From: Paragordius varius
Taxonomy: Eukaryota; Animalia; Nematomorpha
Direction of reading: 5' to 3'
Length of the DNA stretch: 64,000 bases
NCBI GenBank assembly: GCA_964247055.1
Contig: OZ176051.1
Coordinates: 310,001 to 374,000 of the forward strand
In this document: piece after piece, positions 40,470 to 54,900 of the stretch
Position numbering within the stretch: position 1 is the first letter of the stretch
Layout: each line of letters starts with the position of its first letter
Notes under the pieces: model-generated
What the model was told of the DNA's origin: nothing
What the model saw: only the letters and a program-made list of their open reading frames with translations
Database searches by the model: none
Program-made: the position numbers and the translations under genes

Positions 40470-43400
40470 CTACCTAAAATCCAAATTTGATCAGGTGATG
40501 TCGCCATAATTTATTTTGGGTAGCCCTATGGTAGTTCCATCATCACCCCAAATATTTTGGGGATCGGACTATAAATGTAATTTTTATGAATTTTTTAAAT
40601 ATTTAAAAAATTTATTTTATACGATTTTAAAAATAAAAATGGCTACCTAAAATCCAAATTTGATCAGGTGATGTCGCCATAATTTTTTTTGGGTAGCCCT
40701 ATGGTAGTTCCATCATCACCCCAAATATTTTGGGGATCGGACTATAAATGTAATTTTTATGAATTTTTTAAATATTTAAAAAATTTATTTTATACGATTT
40801 CTAAAATAAAAATGGCTACCTAAAATCCAAATTTGATCAGGTGATGTCGCCATAATTTTTTTTGGGTAGCCCTATGGTAGTTCCATCATCACCCCAAATA
40901 TTTTGGGGATCGGACTATAAATGTAATTTTTATGAATTTTTTAAATATTTAAAAAATTTATTTTATACGATTTTAAAAATAAAAATGGCTACCTAAAATC
41001 CAAATTTGATCAGGTGATGTCGCCATAATTTATTTTGGGTAGCCCTATGGTAGTTCCATCATCACCCCAAATACTTTGGGGATCGGACTATAAATGTAAT
41101 TTTTATGAATTTTTTAAATATTTAAAAAATTTATTTTATACGATTTTAAAAATAAAAATGGCTACCTAAAATCCAAATTTGATCAGGTGATGTCGCCATA
41201 ATTTTTTTTGGGTAGCCCTATGGTAGTTCCATCATCACCCCAAATACTTTGGGGATCGGACTATAAATGTAATTTTTATGAATTTTTTAAATATTTAAAA
41301 AATTTATTTTATACGATTTCTAAAATAAAAATGGCTACCTAAAATCCAAATTTGATCAGGTGATGTCGCCATAATTTTTTTTGGGTAGCCCTATGGTAGT
41401 TCCATCATCACCCCAAATATTTTGGGGATCGGACTATAAATGTAATTTTTATGAATTTTTTAAATATTTAAAAAATTTATTTTATACGATTTTAAAAATA
41501 AAAATGGCTACCTAAAATCCAAATTTGATCAGGTGATGTCACCATAATTTTTTTTGGGTAGCCCTATGGTAGTTCCATCATCACCCCAAATATTTTCGAG
41601 ATCGGAGTATAAATGTAATTTTTATGAATTTTTTAAATATTTAAAAAATTTATTTTATACGATTTTAAAAATAAAAATGGCTACCTAAAATCCAAATTTG
41701 ATCAGGTGATGTCACTATAATTTTTTTGGGTAGCCCTATGGTAGTTCCATCATCACCCCAAATATTTTGGTGATCGGACTATAAATGTAATTTTTATGAA
41801 TTTTTTAAATATTTAAAAAATTTATTTTATACAATTTTAAAAATAAAAATGGCTACCTAAAATCCAAATTTGATCAGGTGATGTCACCATAATTTTTTTT
41901 GGGTAGCCCTATGGTAGTTCCATCATCACCCCAAATATTTTCGAATCGGAGTATAATGTAATTTTTATGAATTTTTTTAGATATTTAAAAAATTTATTTT
42001 ATACGATTTTAAAAATAAAAATGGCTACCTAAAATCCAAATTTGATCAGGTGATGTCGCCATAATTTTTTTGGGTAGCCCTATAGTAGTTCCATCATCAC
42101 CCCAAATATTTTGGGGATCGGACTATAAATGTAATTTTTATGAATTTTTTAAATATTTAAAAAATTTATTTTATACGATTTCAAAAATAAAAATGGCTAC
42201 CTAAAATCCAAATTTGATCAGGTGATGTCACCATAATTTTTTTTGGGTAGCCCTATGGTAGTTCCATCATCACCCCAAATATTTTCGAGATCGGAGTATA
42301 AATGTAATTTTTATGAATTTTTTAAATATTTAAAAAATTTATTTTATACGATTTTAAAAATAAAAATGGCTACCTAAAATCCAAATTTGATCAGGTGATG
42401 TCACCATAATTTTTTTTGGGTAGCGCTATGGTAGTTCCATCATCACCCCAAATATTTTCGAGATCGGAGTATAAATGTAATTTTTATGAATTTTTTAAAT
42501 ATTTAAAAAATTTATTTTATACGATTTTAAAAATAAAAATGGCTACCTAAAATCCAAATTTGATCAGGTGATGTCGCCATAATTTTTTTTGGGTAGCCCT
42601 ATGGTAGTTCCATCATCACCCCAAATACTTTGGGGATCGGACTATAAATGTAATTTTTATAAATTTTTTAAATATTTGAAAAATTTATTTTATACGATTT
42701 TAAAAATAAAAATGGCTACCTAAAATCCAAATTTGATCAGGTGATGTCGCCATAATTTTTTTTGGGTAGCCCTATGGTAGTTCCATCATCACCCCAAATA
42801 TTTTGGGGATCGGACTATAAATGTAATTTTTATGAATTTTTTAAATATTTAAAAAATTAATTTTATACGATTTTAAAAATAAAAATGGTTACCTAAAATC
42901 CAAATTTGATCAGGTGATGTCACCATAATTTTTTTTGGGTAGCCCTATGGTATTTCCATCATCACCCCAAATATTTTCGAGATCGGAGTATAAATGTAAT
43001 TTTTATGAATTTTTTAAATATTTAAAAAAATTATTTTATACGATTTTAAAAATAAAAATGGTTACCTAAAATCCAAATTTGATCAGGTGATGTCACCATA
43101 ATTTTTTTTGGGTAGCCCTATGGTATTTCCATCATCACCCCAAATATTTTCGAGATCGGAGTATAAATGTAATTTTTATGAATTTTTTAAATATTTAAAA
43201 AATTAATTTTATACGATTTTAAAAATAAAAATGGTTACCTAAAATCCAAATTTGATCAGGTGATGTCACCATAATTTTTTTTGGGTAGCCCTATGGTATT
43301 TCCATCATCACCCCAAATATTTTCGAGATCGGAGTATAAATGTAATTTTTATGAATTTTTAAATATTTAAAAAATTTATTTTATACGATCTTAAAAATAA

Positions 43401-44789
43401 AAATGGCTACCTAAAACCCAAATTTGATCAGACGATGTCGCCGTAATTTTTTTTGGGTAGCCCTATGGTAGTTCCATCATAACCCCAAATATTTTTGAGA
43501 TCGGACTTTAAATGAATGAATTTTTTAAATATTTAAAAAATTTATTTTATACGATTTTAAAAATAAAAATGGCTACCTAAAATCCAAATTTGATCAGGTG
43601 ATGTCGCCCTAATTTTTTTTGGGTAGCCCTATAGTAGTTCCATCATCACCCAAATATTTTTGAGATCGGAGTATAAATGTAATTTTTATGAATTTTTTAA
43701 ATATTTGAAAAATTTATTTTATACGATTTTAAAAATAAAAATGGCTACCTAAAATCCAATTTTGATCAGGTGATGTCGCCATAATTTTTTTTGGGTAGCC
43801 CTATGGTAGTTCCATCATCACCCCAAATATTTTTGAGATCGGACTTTAAATGTAATTTTTATAAATTTTTTAATTATTTGAAAAATTTATTTTATACGAT
43901 TTTAAAAATAAAAATGGCTACCTAAAATCCAACTTTGATCAGGTGATGTCGCCATAATTTTTTTTGGGTAGCCCTATGGTAGTTCCATCATCACCCCAAA
44001 TATTTTGGGGATCGGACTATAAATGTAATTTTTATGAATTTTTTAAATATTTAAAAAATTTATTTTATACGATTTTAAAAATAAAAATGGCTACCTAAAA
44101 TCCAAATTTGATCAGGTGATGTCGCCATAATTTATTTTGGGTAGCCCTATGGTAGTTCCATCATCACCCCAAATAATTTGGGGATCGGACTATAAATGTA
44201 ATTTTTATGAATTTTTTAAATATTTAAAAAATTTATTTTATACGATCTTAAAAATAAAAATGGCTACCTAAAACCCAAATTTGATCAGACGATGTCACCA
44301 TAATTTTTTTTGGGTAGCCCTATGGTAGTTCCATCATCACCCCAAATATTTTCGAGATCGGAGTATAAATGTAATTTTTTTGAGTTTTTTAAATATTTAA
44401 AAAATTTATTTTATACGATTTTAAAAATAAAAATGGCTACCTAAAATCAAATTTGATCAGGTGATGTCGCCGTAATTTTTTTTGGGTAGCCCTATGGTAG
44501 TTCCATCATAACCCCAAATATTTTTGAGATCGGACTTTAAATGAATGAATTTTTTAAATATTTAAAAAATTTATTTTATACGATTTTAAAAATAAAAATG
44601 GCTACCTAAAATCCAAATTTGATCAGGTGATGTCGCCCTAATTTTTTTTGGGTAGCCCTATAGTAGTTCCATCATCACCCAAATATTTTTGAGATCGGAG
44701 TATAAATGTAATTTTTATGAATTTTTTAAATATTTAAAAAATTTATTTTATACGATTTTAAAAATAAAAATGGCTACCTAAAATCCAAA

Positions 44790-47700
44790 TTTGATCAGGT
44801 GATGTCGCCATAATTTTTTTTGGGTAGCCCTATGGTAGTTCCATCATAACCCCAAATATTTTTGAGATCGGACTTTAAATGTAATTTTTATGAATTTTAT
44901 AAATATTTAAAAAATTTATTTTATACGATTTTAAAAATAAAAATGGCTACCTAAAATCCAAATTTGATCAGGTGATGTCGCCATATTTTTTTTGGGTAGC
45001 CCTATGGTAGTTCCATCATCACCCCAAATATTTTGGGGATCGGACTATAAATGTAATTTTTATGAATTTTTTAAATATTTTAAATATTTATTTTATACGA
45101 TTTTAAAAATAAAAATGGCTACCTAAAATCCAAATTTGATCAGGTGATGTCACCATAATATTTTTTGGGTAGCCCTATGGTAGTTCCATCATCACCCCAA
45201 ATATTTTGGGGATCGGACTATAAATGTAATTTTTATGAATTTTTTAAATATTTAAAAAATTTATTTTATACGATTTTAAAAATAAAAATGGCTACCTAAA
45301 ATCCAAAATTGATCAGGTGATGTCGCCATAATTTTTTTTGGGTAGCCCTATGGTAGTTCCATCATCACCCCAAATACTTTGGGGATCGGACTATAAATGT
45401 AATTTTTATGAATTTTTTAAATATTTAAAAAATTTATTTTATACGATTTTTAAAATAAAAATGGCTACCTAAAATCCAAATTTGATCAGGTGCACCATAA
45501 TTTTTTTTGGGTAGCCCTATGGTAGTTCCATCCTCACCCCAAATATTTTCGAGATCGGAGTATAAATGTAATTTTTATGAATTTTTTAAATATTTAAAAA
45601 ATTTATTTTATACGATTTTAAAAATAAAAATGGCTACCTAAAATCCAAATTTGATCAGATGATGTCGCCATAATTTTTTTTTGGGTAGCCCTATGGTAGT
45701 TCCATCATAACCCCAAATATTTTTGAGATCGGACTTTAAATGTAATTTTTATGAATTTTTTAAATATTTAAAAAATTTATTTTATACGATTTTAAAAATA
45801 AAAATGGCTACCTAAAATCCAAATTTGATCAGGTGATGTCACCATAATTTTTTTTGGGTAGCCCTATGGTAGTTCCATCATCACCCCAAATATTTTTGAG
45901 ATCGGAGCATAAATGTAATTTTTATGAATTTTTTAAATATTTAAAAAATTTATTTTATACGATTTTAAAAATAAAAATGGCTACCTAAAATCCAAATTTG
46001 ATCAGGTGATGTCGCCATAATTTTTTTTGGGTAGCCCTATGGTAGTTCCATCATCACCCCAAATATTTTTGAGATCGGAGTATAAATGTAATTTTTATGA
46101 ATTTTTTAAATATTTAAATTTATTTTATACGATTTTAAAAATAAAAATGGCTACCTAAAATCCAAATTTGATCAGGTGATGTCACTATAATTTTTTTGGG
46201 TAGCCCTATGGTAGTTCCATCATCACCCCAAATATTTTGGGGATCGGACTATAAATGTAATTTTTATGAATTTTTTAAATATTTAAAAAATTTATTTTAT
46301 ACGATTTTAAAATAAAAATGGCTACCTAAAATCCAAATTTGATCAGGTGATGTCACTATAATTTTTTTGGGTAGCCCTATAGTAGTTCCATCATCACCCC
46401 AAATATTTTGGGGATCGGACTATAAATGTAATTTTTATGAATTTTTTAAATATTTAAAAAATTTATTTTATACGATTTTAAAAATAAAAATGGCTACCTA
46501 AAATCCAAATTTGATCAGGTGATGTCGCCATAATTTTTTTTGGGTAGCCCTATGGTAGTTCGATCATCACCCCAAATACTTTGGGGATCGGACTATAAAT
46601 GTAATTTTTATGAATTTTTTAAATATTTAAAAAATTTATTTTATACGATTTTAAAAATAAAAAGGGCTACCTAAAATCCAAATTTGATCAGGTGATGTCG
46701 CCATAATTTTTTTTGGGTAGCCCTATAGTAGTTCCATCATCACCCCAAATATTTTTGAGATCGGAGTATAAATGTAATTTTTATGAATTTTTAAAATATT
46801 TAAAAAATTTATTTTATACGATTTTAAAAATAAAAAGGGCTACCTAAAATCCAAATTTGATCAGGTGATGTCGCCATAATTTTTTTTGGGTAGCCCTATG
46901 GTAGTTCCATCATAACCCCAAATATTTTTGAGATCGGACTTTAAATGTAATTTTTATGAATTTTATAAATATTTAAAAAATTTATTTTATACGATTTTAA
47001 AAATAAAAATGGCTACCTAAAATCCAAATTTGATCAGGTGATGTCGCCATATTTTTTTTGGGTAGCCCTATGGTAGTTCCATCATCACCCCAAATATTTT
47101 GGGGATCGGACTATAAATGTAATTTTTATGAATTTTTTAAATATTTTAAATATTTATTTTATACGATTTTAAATATAAAAATGGCTACCTAAAATCCAAA
47201 TTTGATCAGGTGATGTCACCATAATATTTTTTGGGTAGCCCTATGGTAGTTCCATCATCACCCCAAATATTTTGGGGATCGGACTATAAATGTAATTTTT
47301 ATGAATTTTTTAAATATTTAAAAAATTTATTTTATACGATTTTAAAAATAAAAATGGCTACCTAAAATCCAAAATTGATCAGGTGATGTCGCCATAATTT
47401 TTTTTGGGTAGCCCTATGGTAGTTCCATCATCACCCCAAATACTTTGGGGATCGGACTATAAATGTAATTTTTATGAATTTTTTAAATATTTAAAAAATT
47501 TATTTTATACGATTTTTAAAATAAAAATGGCTACCTAAAATTTAAATTTGATCAGGTGCACCATAATTTTTTTTGGGTAGCCCTATGGTAGTTCCATCCT
47601 CACCCCAAATATTTTCGAGATCGGAGTATAAATGTAATTTTTATGAATTTTTTAAATATTTAAAAAATTTATTTTATACGATTTTAAAAATAAAAATGGC

Positions 47701-48880
47701 TACCTAAAATCCAAATTTGATCAGATGATGTCGCCATAATTTTTTTTTGGGTAGCCCTATGGTAGTTCCATAACCCCAAATATTTTTGAGATCGGACTTT
47801 AAATGTAATTTTTATGAATTTTTTAAATATTTAAAAAATTTATTTTATACGATTTTAAAAATAAAAATGGCTACCTAAAATCCAAATTTGATCAGGTGAT
47901 GTCACCATAATTTTTTTTGGGTAGCCCTATGGTAGTTCCATCATCACCCCAAATATTTTTGAGATCGGAGCATAAATGTAATTTTTATGAATTTTTTAAA
48001 TATTTAAAAAATTTATTTTATACGATTTTAAAAATAAAAATGGCTACCTAAAATCCAAATTTGATCAGGTGATGTCGCCATAATTTTTTTTGGGTAGCCC
48101 TATGGTAGTTCCATCATCACCCCAAATATTTTTGAGATCGGAGTATAAATGTAATTTTTATGAATTTTTTAAATATTTAAATTTATTTTATACGATTTTA
48201 AAAATAAAAATGGCTACCTAAAATCCAAATTTGATCAGGTGATGTCACTATAATTTTTTTGGGTAGCCCTATGGTAGTTCCATCATCACCCCAAATATTT
48301 TGGGGATCGGACTATAAATGTAATTTTTATGAATTTTTTAAATATTTAAAAAATTTATTTTATACGATTTTAAAATAAAAATGGCTACCTAAAATCCAAA
48401 TTTGATCAGGTGATGTCACTATAATTTTTTTGGGTAGCCCTATGGTAGTTCCATCATCACCCCAAATATTTTGGGGATCGGACTATAAATGTAATTTTTA
48501 TGAATTTTTTAAATATTTAAAAAATTTATTTTATACGATTTTAAAAATAAAAATGGCTACCTAAAATCCAAATTTGATCAGGTGATATCGCCATAATTTT
48601 TTTTGGGTAGCCCTATGGTAGTTCCATCATCACCCCAAATACTTTGGGGATCGGACTATAAATGTAATTTTTATGAATTTTTTAAATATTTAAAAAATTT
48701 ATTTTATACGATTTTAAAAATAAAAAGGGCTACCTAAAATCCAAATTTGATCAGGTGATGTCGCCATAATTTTTTTTGGGTAGCCCTATAGTAGTTCCAT
48801 CATCACCCCAAATATTTTTGAGATCGGAGTATAAATGTAATTTTTATGAATTTTTTAAATATTTAAAAAATTTATTTTAT
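44790..48880. repeat. 12-mer HOR, two diverged copies (period 2063-2066 bp), with a partial third copy at about 50450-51800
   Basis: The GTGCACC deletion occurs at 45491/47557, TTTTAAATATTTA at 45081/47147, and GGAGCAT at 45908/47971/50726. About 7-8 differences between the copies were seen by eye. Boundaries are approximate. Confidence 0.85.
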
Positions 48881-51800
48881 ACGATTTCAAAAATAAAAAG
48901 GGCTACCTAAAATCCAAATTTGATCAGGTGATGTCGCCATAATTTTTTTTGGGTAGCCCTATAGTAGTTCCATCATAACCCCAAATATTTTTGAGATCGG
49001 ACTTTAAATGTAATTTTTATGAATTTTATAAATATTTAAAAAATTTATTTTATACGATTTTAAAAATAAAAAGGGCTACCTAAAATCCAAATTTGATCAG
49101 GTGATGTCGCCATAATTTTTTTTGGGTAGCCCTATAGTAGTTCCATCATAACCCCAAATATTTTTGAGATCGGACTTTAAATGTAATTTTTATGAATTTT
49201 ATAAATATTTAAAAAATTTATTTTATACGATTTTAAAAATAAAAATGGCTACCTAAAATCCAAATTTGATCAGGTGATGTCGCCATAATTTTTTTTGGGT
49301 AGCCCTATAGTAGTTCCATCATAACCCCAAATATTTTTGAGATCGGACTTTAAATGTAATTTTTATGAATTTTATAAATATTTAAAAAATTTATTTTATA
49401 CGATTTTAAAAATAAAAATGGCTACCTAAAATCCAAATTTGATCAGGTTATGTCGCCATATTTTTTTTTGGGTAGCCCTATGGTAGTTCCATCATCACCC
49501 CAAATATTTTGGGGATCGGACTATAAATGTAATTTTTATGAATTTTTTAAATATTTAAAAAATTTATTTTATACGATTTTAAAAATAAAAATGGCTACCT
49601 AAAATCCAAATTTGATCAGGTGATGTCACCATAATTTTTTTTGGGTAGCCCTATGGTAGTTCCATCATCACCCCAAATATTTTCGAGATCGGAGTATAAA
49701 TGTAATTTTTATGAATTTTTTAAATATTTAAAAAATTTATTTTATACGATTTTAAAATAAAAATGGCTACCTAAAATCCAAATTTGATCAGGTGATGCTA
49801 TAATTTTTTTGGGTAGCCCTATGGTAGTTCCATCATCACCCCAAATATTTTGGGGATCGGACTATAAATGTAATTTTTATGAATTTTTTAAATATTTAAA
49901 AAATTTATTTTATACGATTTTAAAATAAAAATGGCTACCTAAAATCCAAATTTGATCAGGTGATGTCACTATAATTTTTTTGGGTAGCCCTATGGTAGTT
50001 CCATCATCACCCCAAATATTTTGGGGATCGGACTATAAATGTAATTTTTATGAATTTTTTAAATATTTAAAAAATTTATTTTATACGATTTTAAAAATAA
50101 AAATGGCTACCTAAAATCCAAATTTGATCAGGTGATGTCGCCATAATTTTTTTTGGGTAGCCCTATGGTAGTTCCATCATCACCCCAAATACTTTGGGGA
50201 TCGGACTATAAATGTAATTTTTATGAATTTTTTAAATATTTAAAAAATTTATTTTATACGATTTTAAAAATAAAAAGGGCTACCTAAAATCCAAATTTGA
50301 TCAGGTGATGTCGCCATAATTTTTTTTGGGTAGCCCTATAGTAGTTCCATCATCACCCTAAATATTTTTGAGATCGGAGTATAAATGTAATTTTTATGAA
50401 TTTTTTAAATATTTAAAAAATTTATTTTATACGATTTTAAAAATAAAAATGGCTACCTAAAATCCAAATTTGATCAGATGATGTCGCCATAATTTTTTTT
50501 GGGTAGCCCTATGGTAGTTCCATCATAACCCCAAATATTTTTGAGATCGGACTTTAAATGTAATTTTTATGAATTTTTTAAATATTTAAAAAATTTATTT
50601 TATACGATTTTAAAAATAAAAATGGCTACCTAAAATCCAAATTTGATCAGGTGATGTCACCATAATTTTTTTTGGGTAGCCCTATGGTAGTTCCATCATC
50701 ACCCCAAATATTTTTGAGATCGGAGCATAAATGTAATTTTTATGAATTTTTTAAATATTTAAAAAATTTATTTTATACGATTTTAAAAATAAAAATGGCT
50801 ACCTAAAATCCAAATTTGATCAGGTGATGTCGCCATAATTTTTTTTGGGTAGCCCTATGGTAGTTCCATCATCACCCCAAATATTTTTGAGATCGGAGTA
50901 TAAATGTAATTTTTATGAATTTTTTAAATATTTAAATTTATTTTATACGATTTTAAAAATAAAAATGGCTACCTAAAATCCAAATTTGATCAGGTGATGT
51001 CACTATAATTTTTTTGGGTAGCCCTATGGTAGTTCCATCATCACCCCAAATATTTTGGGGATCGGACTATAAATGTAATTTTTATGAATTTTTTAAATAT
51101 TTAAAAAATTTATTTTATACGATTTTAAAATAAAAATGGCTACCTAAAATCCAAATTTGATCAGGTGATGTCACTATAATTTTTTTGGGTAGCCCTATGG
51201 TAGTTCCATCATCACCCCAAATATTTTGGGGATCGGACTATAAATGTAATTTTTATGAATTTTTTAAATATTTAAAAAATTTATTTTATACGATTTTAAA
51301 AATAAAAATGGCTACCTAAAATCCAAATTTGATCAGGTGATGTCGCCATAATTTTTTTTGGGTAGCCCTATGGTAGTTCCATCATCACCCCAAATACTTT
51401 GGGGATCGGACTATAAATGTAATTTTTATGAATTTTTTAAATATTTAAAAAATTTATTTTATACGATTTTAAAAATAAAAAGGGCTACCTAAAATCCAAA
51501 TTTGATCAGGTGATGTCGCCATAATTTTTTTTGGGTAGCCCTATAGTAGTTCCATCATCACCCCAAATATTTTTGAGATCGGAGTATAAATGTAATTTTT
51601 ATGAATTTTTTAAATATTTAAAAAATTTATTTTATACGATTTTAAAAATAAAAAGGGCTACCTAAAATCCAAATTTGATCAGGTGATGTCGCCATAATTT
51701 TTTTTGGGTAGCCCTATAGTAGTTCCATCATAACCCCAAATATTTTTGAGATCGGACTTTAAATGTAATTTTTATGAATTTTATAAATATTTAAAAAATT

Positions 51801-52199
51801 TATTTTATACGATTTTAAAAATAAAAATGGCTACCTAAAATCCAAATTTGATCAGGTTATGTCGCCATATTTTTTTTTGGGTAGCCCTATGGTAGTTCCA
51901 TCATCACCCCAAATATTTTGGGGATCGGACTATAAATGTAATTTTTATGAATTTTTTAAATATTTAAAAAATTTATTTTATACGATTTTAAAAATAAAAA
52001 TGGCTACCTAAAATCCAAATTTGATCAGGTGATGTCACCATAATTTTTTTTGGGTAGCCCTATGGTAGTTCCATCATCACCCCAAATATTTTCGAGATCG
52101 GAGTATAAATGTAATTTTTATGAATTTTTTAAATATTTAAAAAATTTATTTTATACGATTTTAAAATAAAAATGGCTACCTAAAATCCAAATTTGATCA

Positions 52200-54900
52200 G
52201 GTGATGTCACTATAATTTTTTTGGGTAGCCCTATGGTAGTTCCATCATCACCCCAAATATTTTGGGGATCGGACTATAAATGTAATTTTTATGAATTTTT
52301 TAAATACGATTTTAAAAATAAAAATGGCTACCTAAAATCCAAATTTGATCAGATGATGTCACCATAATTTTTTTTGGGTATCCCTATGGTAGTTCCATCA
52401 TCACCCTAAATATTTTGGGGATCGGACTATAAATGTAATTTTTATGAATTTTTTAAATATTTAAAAAATTTATTTTATACGATTTTAAAAATATAAATGG
52501 CTACCTAAAATCCAAATTTGATCAGGTGATGTCACCATAATTTTTTTTGGGTAGCCCTATGGTAGTTCCATCATCACCCCAAATATTGTCGAGATCGGAG
52601 TATAAATGTAATTTTTTTGAATTTTTTAAATATTTAAAAAATTTATTTTATACGATTTTAAAAATAAAAATGGCTACCTAAAATCAAATTTGATCAGGTG
52701 ATGTCGCTATAATTTTTTTTGGGTAGCCCTTGGTAGTTCCATCATAACCACAAATATTTTTGAGATCGGACTTTAAATGAATGAATTTTTTAAATATTTA
52801 AAATTTATTTTATACGATTTTAAAAATAAAAATGGCTACTTAAAATCCAAATTTGATCAGGTGATGTCGCCATAATTTTTTTTGGGTAGCCCTATAGTAG
52901 TTCCATCATCACCCCAAATATTTTTGAGATCGGAGTATAAATGTAATTTTTATGAATTTTTTAAATATTTAAAAAATTTATTTTATACGATTTTAAAAAT
53001 AAAAATGGCTACCTAAAATCCAAATTTGATCAGGTGATGTCGCCATAATTTTTTTTGGGTAGCCCTATGGTAGTTCCATCATAACCCCAAATATTTTTGA
53101 GATCATACTTTAAATGTAGTTTTTATGAATTTTATAAATATTTAAAAAATTTATTTTATACGATTTTAAAAATAAAAATGGCTACCTAAAATCCAAATTT
53201 GATCAGGTGATGTCGCCATATTTTTTTTTGGGTAGCCCTATGGTAGTTCCATCATCACCCCAAATATTTTGGAGATCATACTTAAAATGTAATTTTTATG
53301 AATTTTTTAAATATTTAAAAAATTTATTTTATACGATTTTAAAATAAAAATGGCTACCTAAAATCCAAATTTGATCAGGTGATGTCACTATAATTTTTTT
53401 GGGTAGCCCTATGGTAGTTCCATCATTACCCCAAATATTTTGGGGATCGGACTATAAATGTAATTTTTATGAATTTTTTAAATACGATTTTAAAAATAAA
53501 AATGGCTACCTAAAATCCAAATTAGATCAGATGATGTCACCATAATTTTTTTTGGGTATCCCTATGGTAGTTCCATCATCACCCTAAATATTTTGGGGAT
53601 CGGACTATAAATGTAATTTTTATGAATTTTTTAAATATTTAAAAAATTTATTTTATACGATTTTAAAAATAAAAATGGCTACCTAAAATCCAAATTTGAT
53701 CAGGTTATGTCGCCATATATTTTTTTGGGTAGCCCTATGGTAGTTCTATCATCACCCCAAATATTTTGGGGATCGGACTATAAATGTAATTTTTATGAAT
53801 TTTTTAAATATTTAAAAAATTTATTTTATACGATTTTAAAAATAAAAATGGCTACCTAAAATCCAAATTTGATCAGGTGATGTCACTATAATTTTTTTGG
53901 GTAGCCCTATGGTAGTTCCATCATCACCCCAAATATTTTGGGGATCGGACTATAAATGTAATTTTTATGAATTTTTTAAATACGATTTTAAAAATAAAAA
54001 TGGCTACCTAAAATCCAAATTTGATCAGATGATGTCACCATAATTTTTTTTGGGTATCCCTATGGTAGTTCCATCATCACCCTAAATATTTTGGGGATCG
54101 GACTATAAATGTTATTTTTATGAATTTTTTAAATATTTAAAAAATTTATTTTATACGATTTTAAAAATAAAAATGGCTACCTAAAATCCAAATTTGATCA
54201 GGTGATGTCACCATAATTTTTTTTGGGTAGCCCTATGGTAGTTCCATCATCACCCCAAATATTGTCGAGATCGGAGTATAAATGTAATTTTTTTGAATTT
54301 TTTAAATATTTAAAAAATTTATTTTATACGATTTTAAAAATAAAAATGGCTACCTAAAATCAAATTTGATCAGGTGATGTCGCTATAATTTTTTTTGGGT
54401 AGCCCTTGGTAGTTCCATCATAACCCCAAATATTTTTGAGATCGGACTTTAAATGAATGAATTTTTTAAATATTTAAAAAATTTATTTTATACGATTTTA
54501 AAAATAAAAATGGCTACTTAAAATCCAAATTTGATCAGGTGATGTCGCCATAATTTTTTTTGGGTAGCCCTATAGTAGTTCCATCATCACCCCAAATATT
54601 TTTGAGATCGGAGTATAAATGTAATTTTTATGAATTTTTTAAATATTTAAAAAATTTATTTTATACGATTTTAAAAATAAAAATGGCTACCTAAAATCCA
54701 AATTTGATCAGGTGATGTCGCCATAATTTTTTTTGGGTAGCCCTATGGTAGTTCCATCATAACCCCAAATATTTTTGAGATCGGACTTTAAATGTAATTT
54801 TTATGAATTTTATAAATATTTAAAAAATTTATTTTATACGATTTTAAAAATAAAAATGGCTACCTAAAATCCAAATTTGATCAGGTGATGTCGCCATATT
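52200..54900. repeat. 10-mer (7+3) HOR, period 1676 bp, marked by 153-bp deletion monomers
   Basis: The 20-bp deletion occurs at 52307, 53485 and 53983, and the CCCTTGG allele at 52731/54407. The offsets match the counted indels. Boundaries are approximate. Confidence 0.8.
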
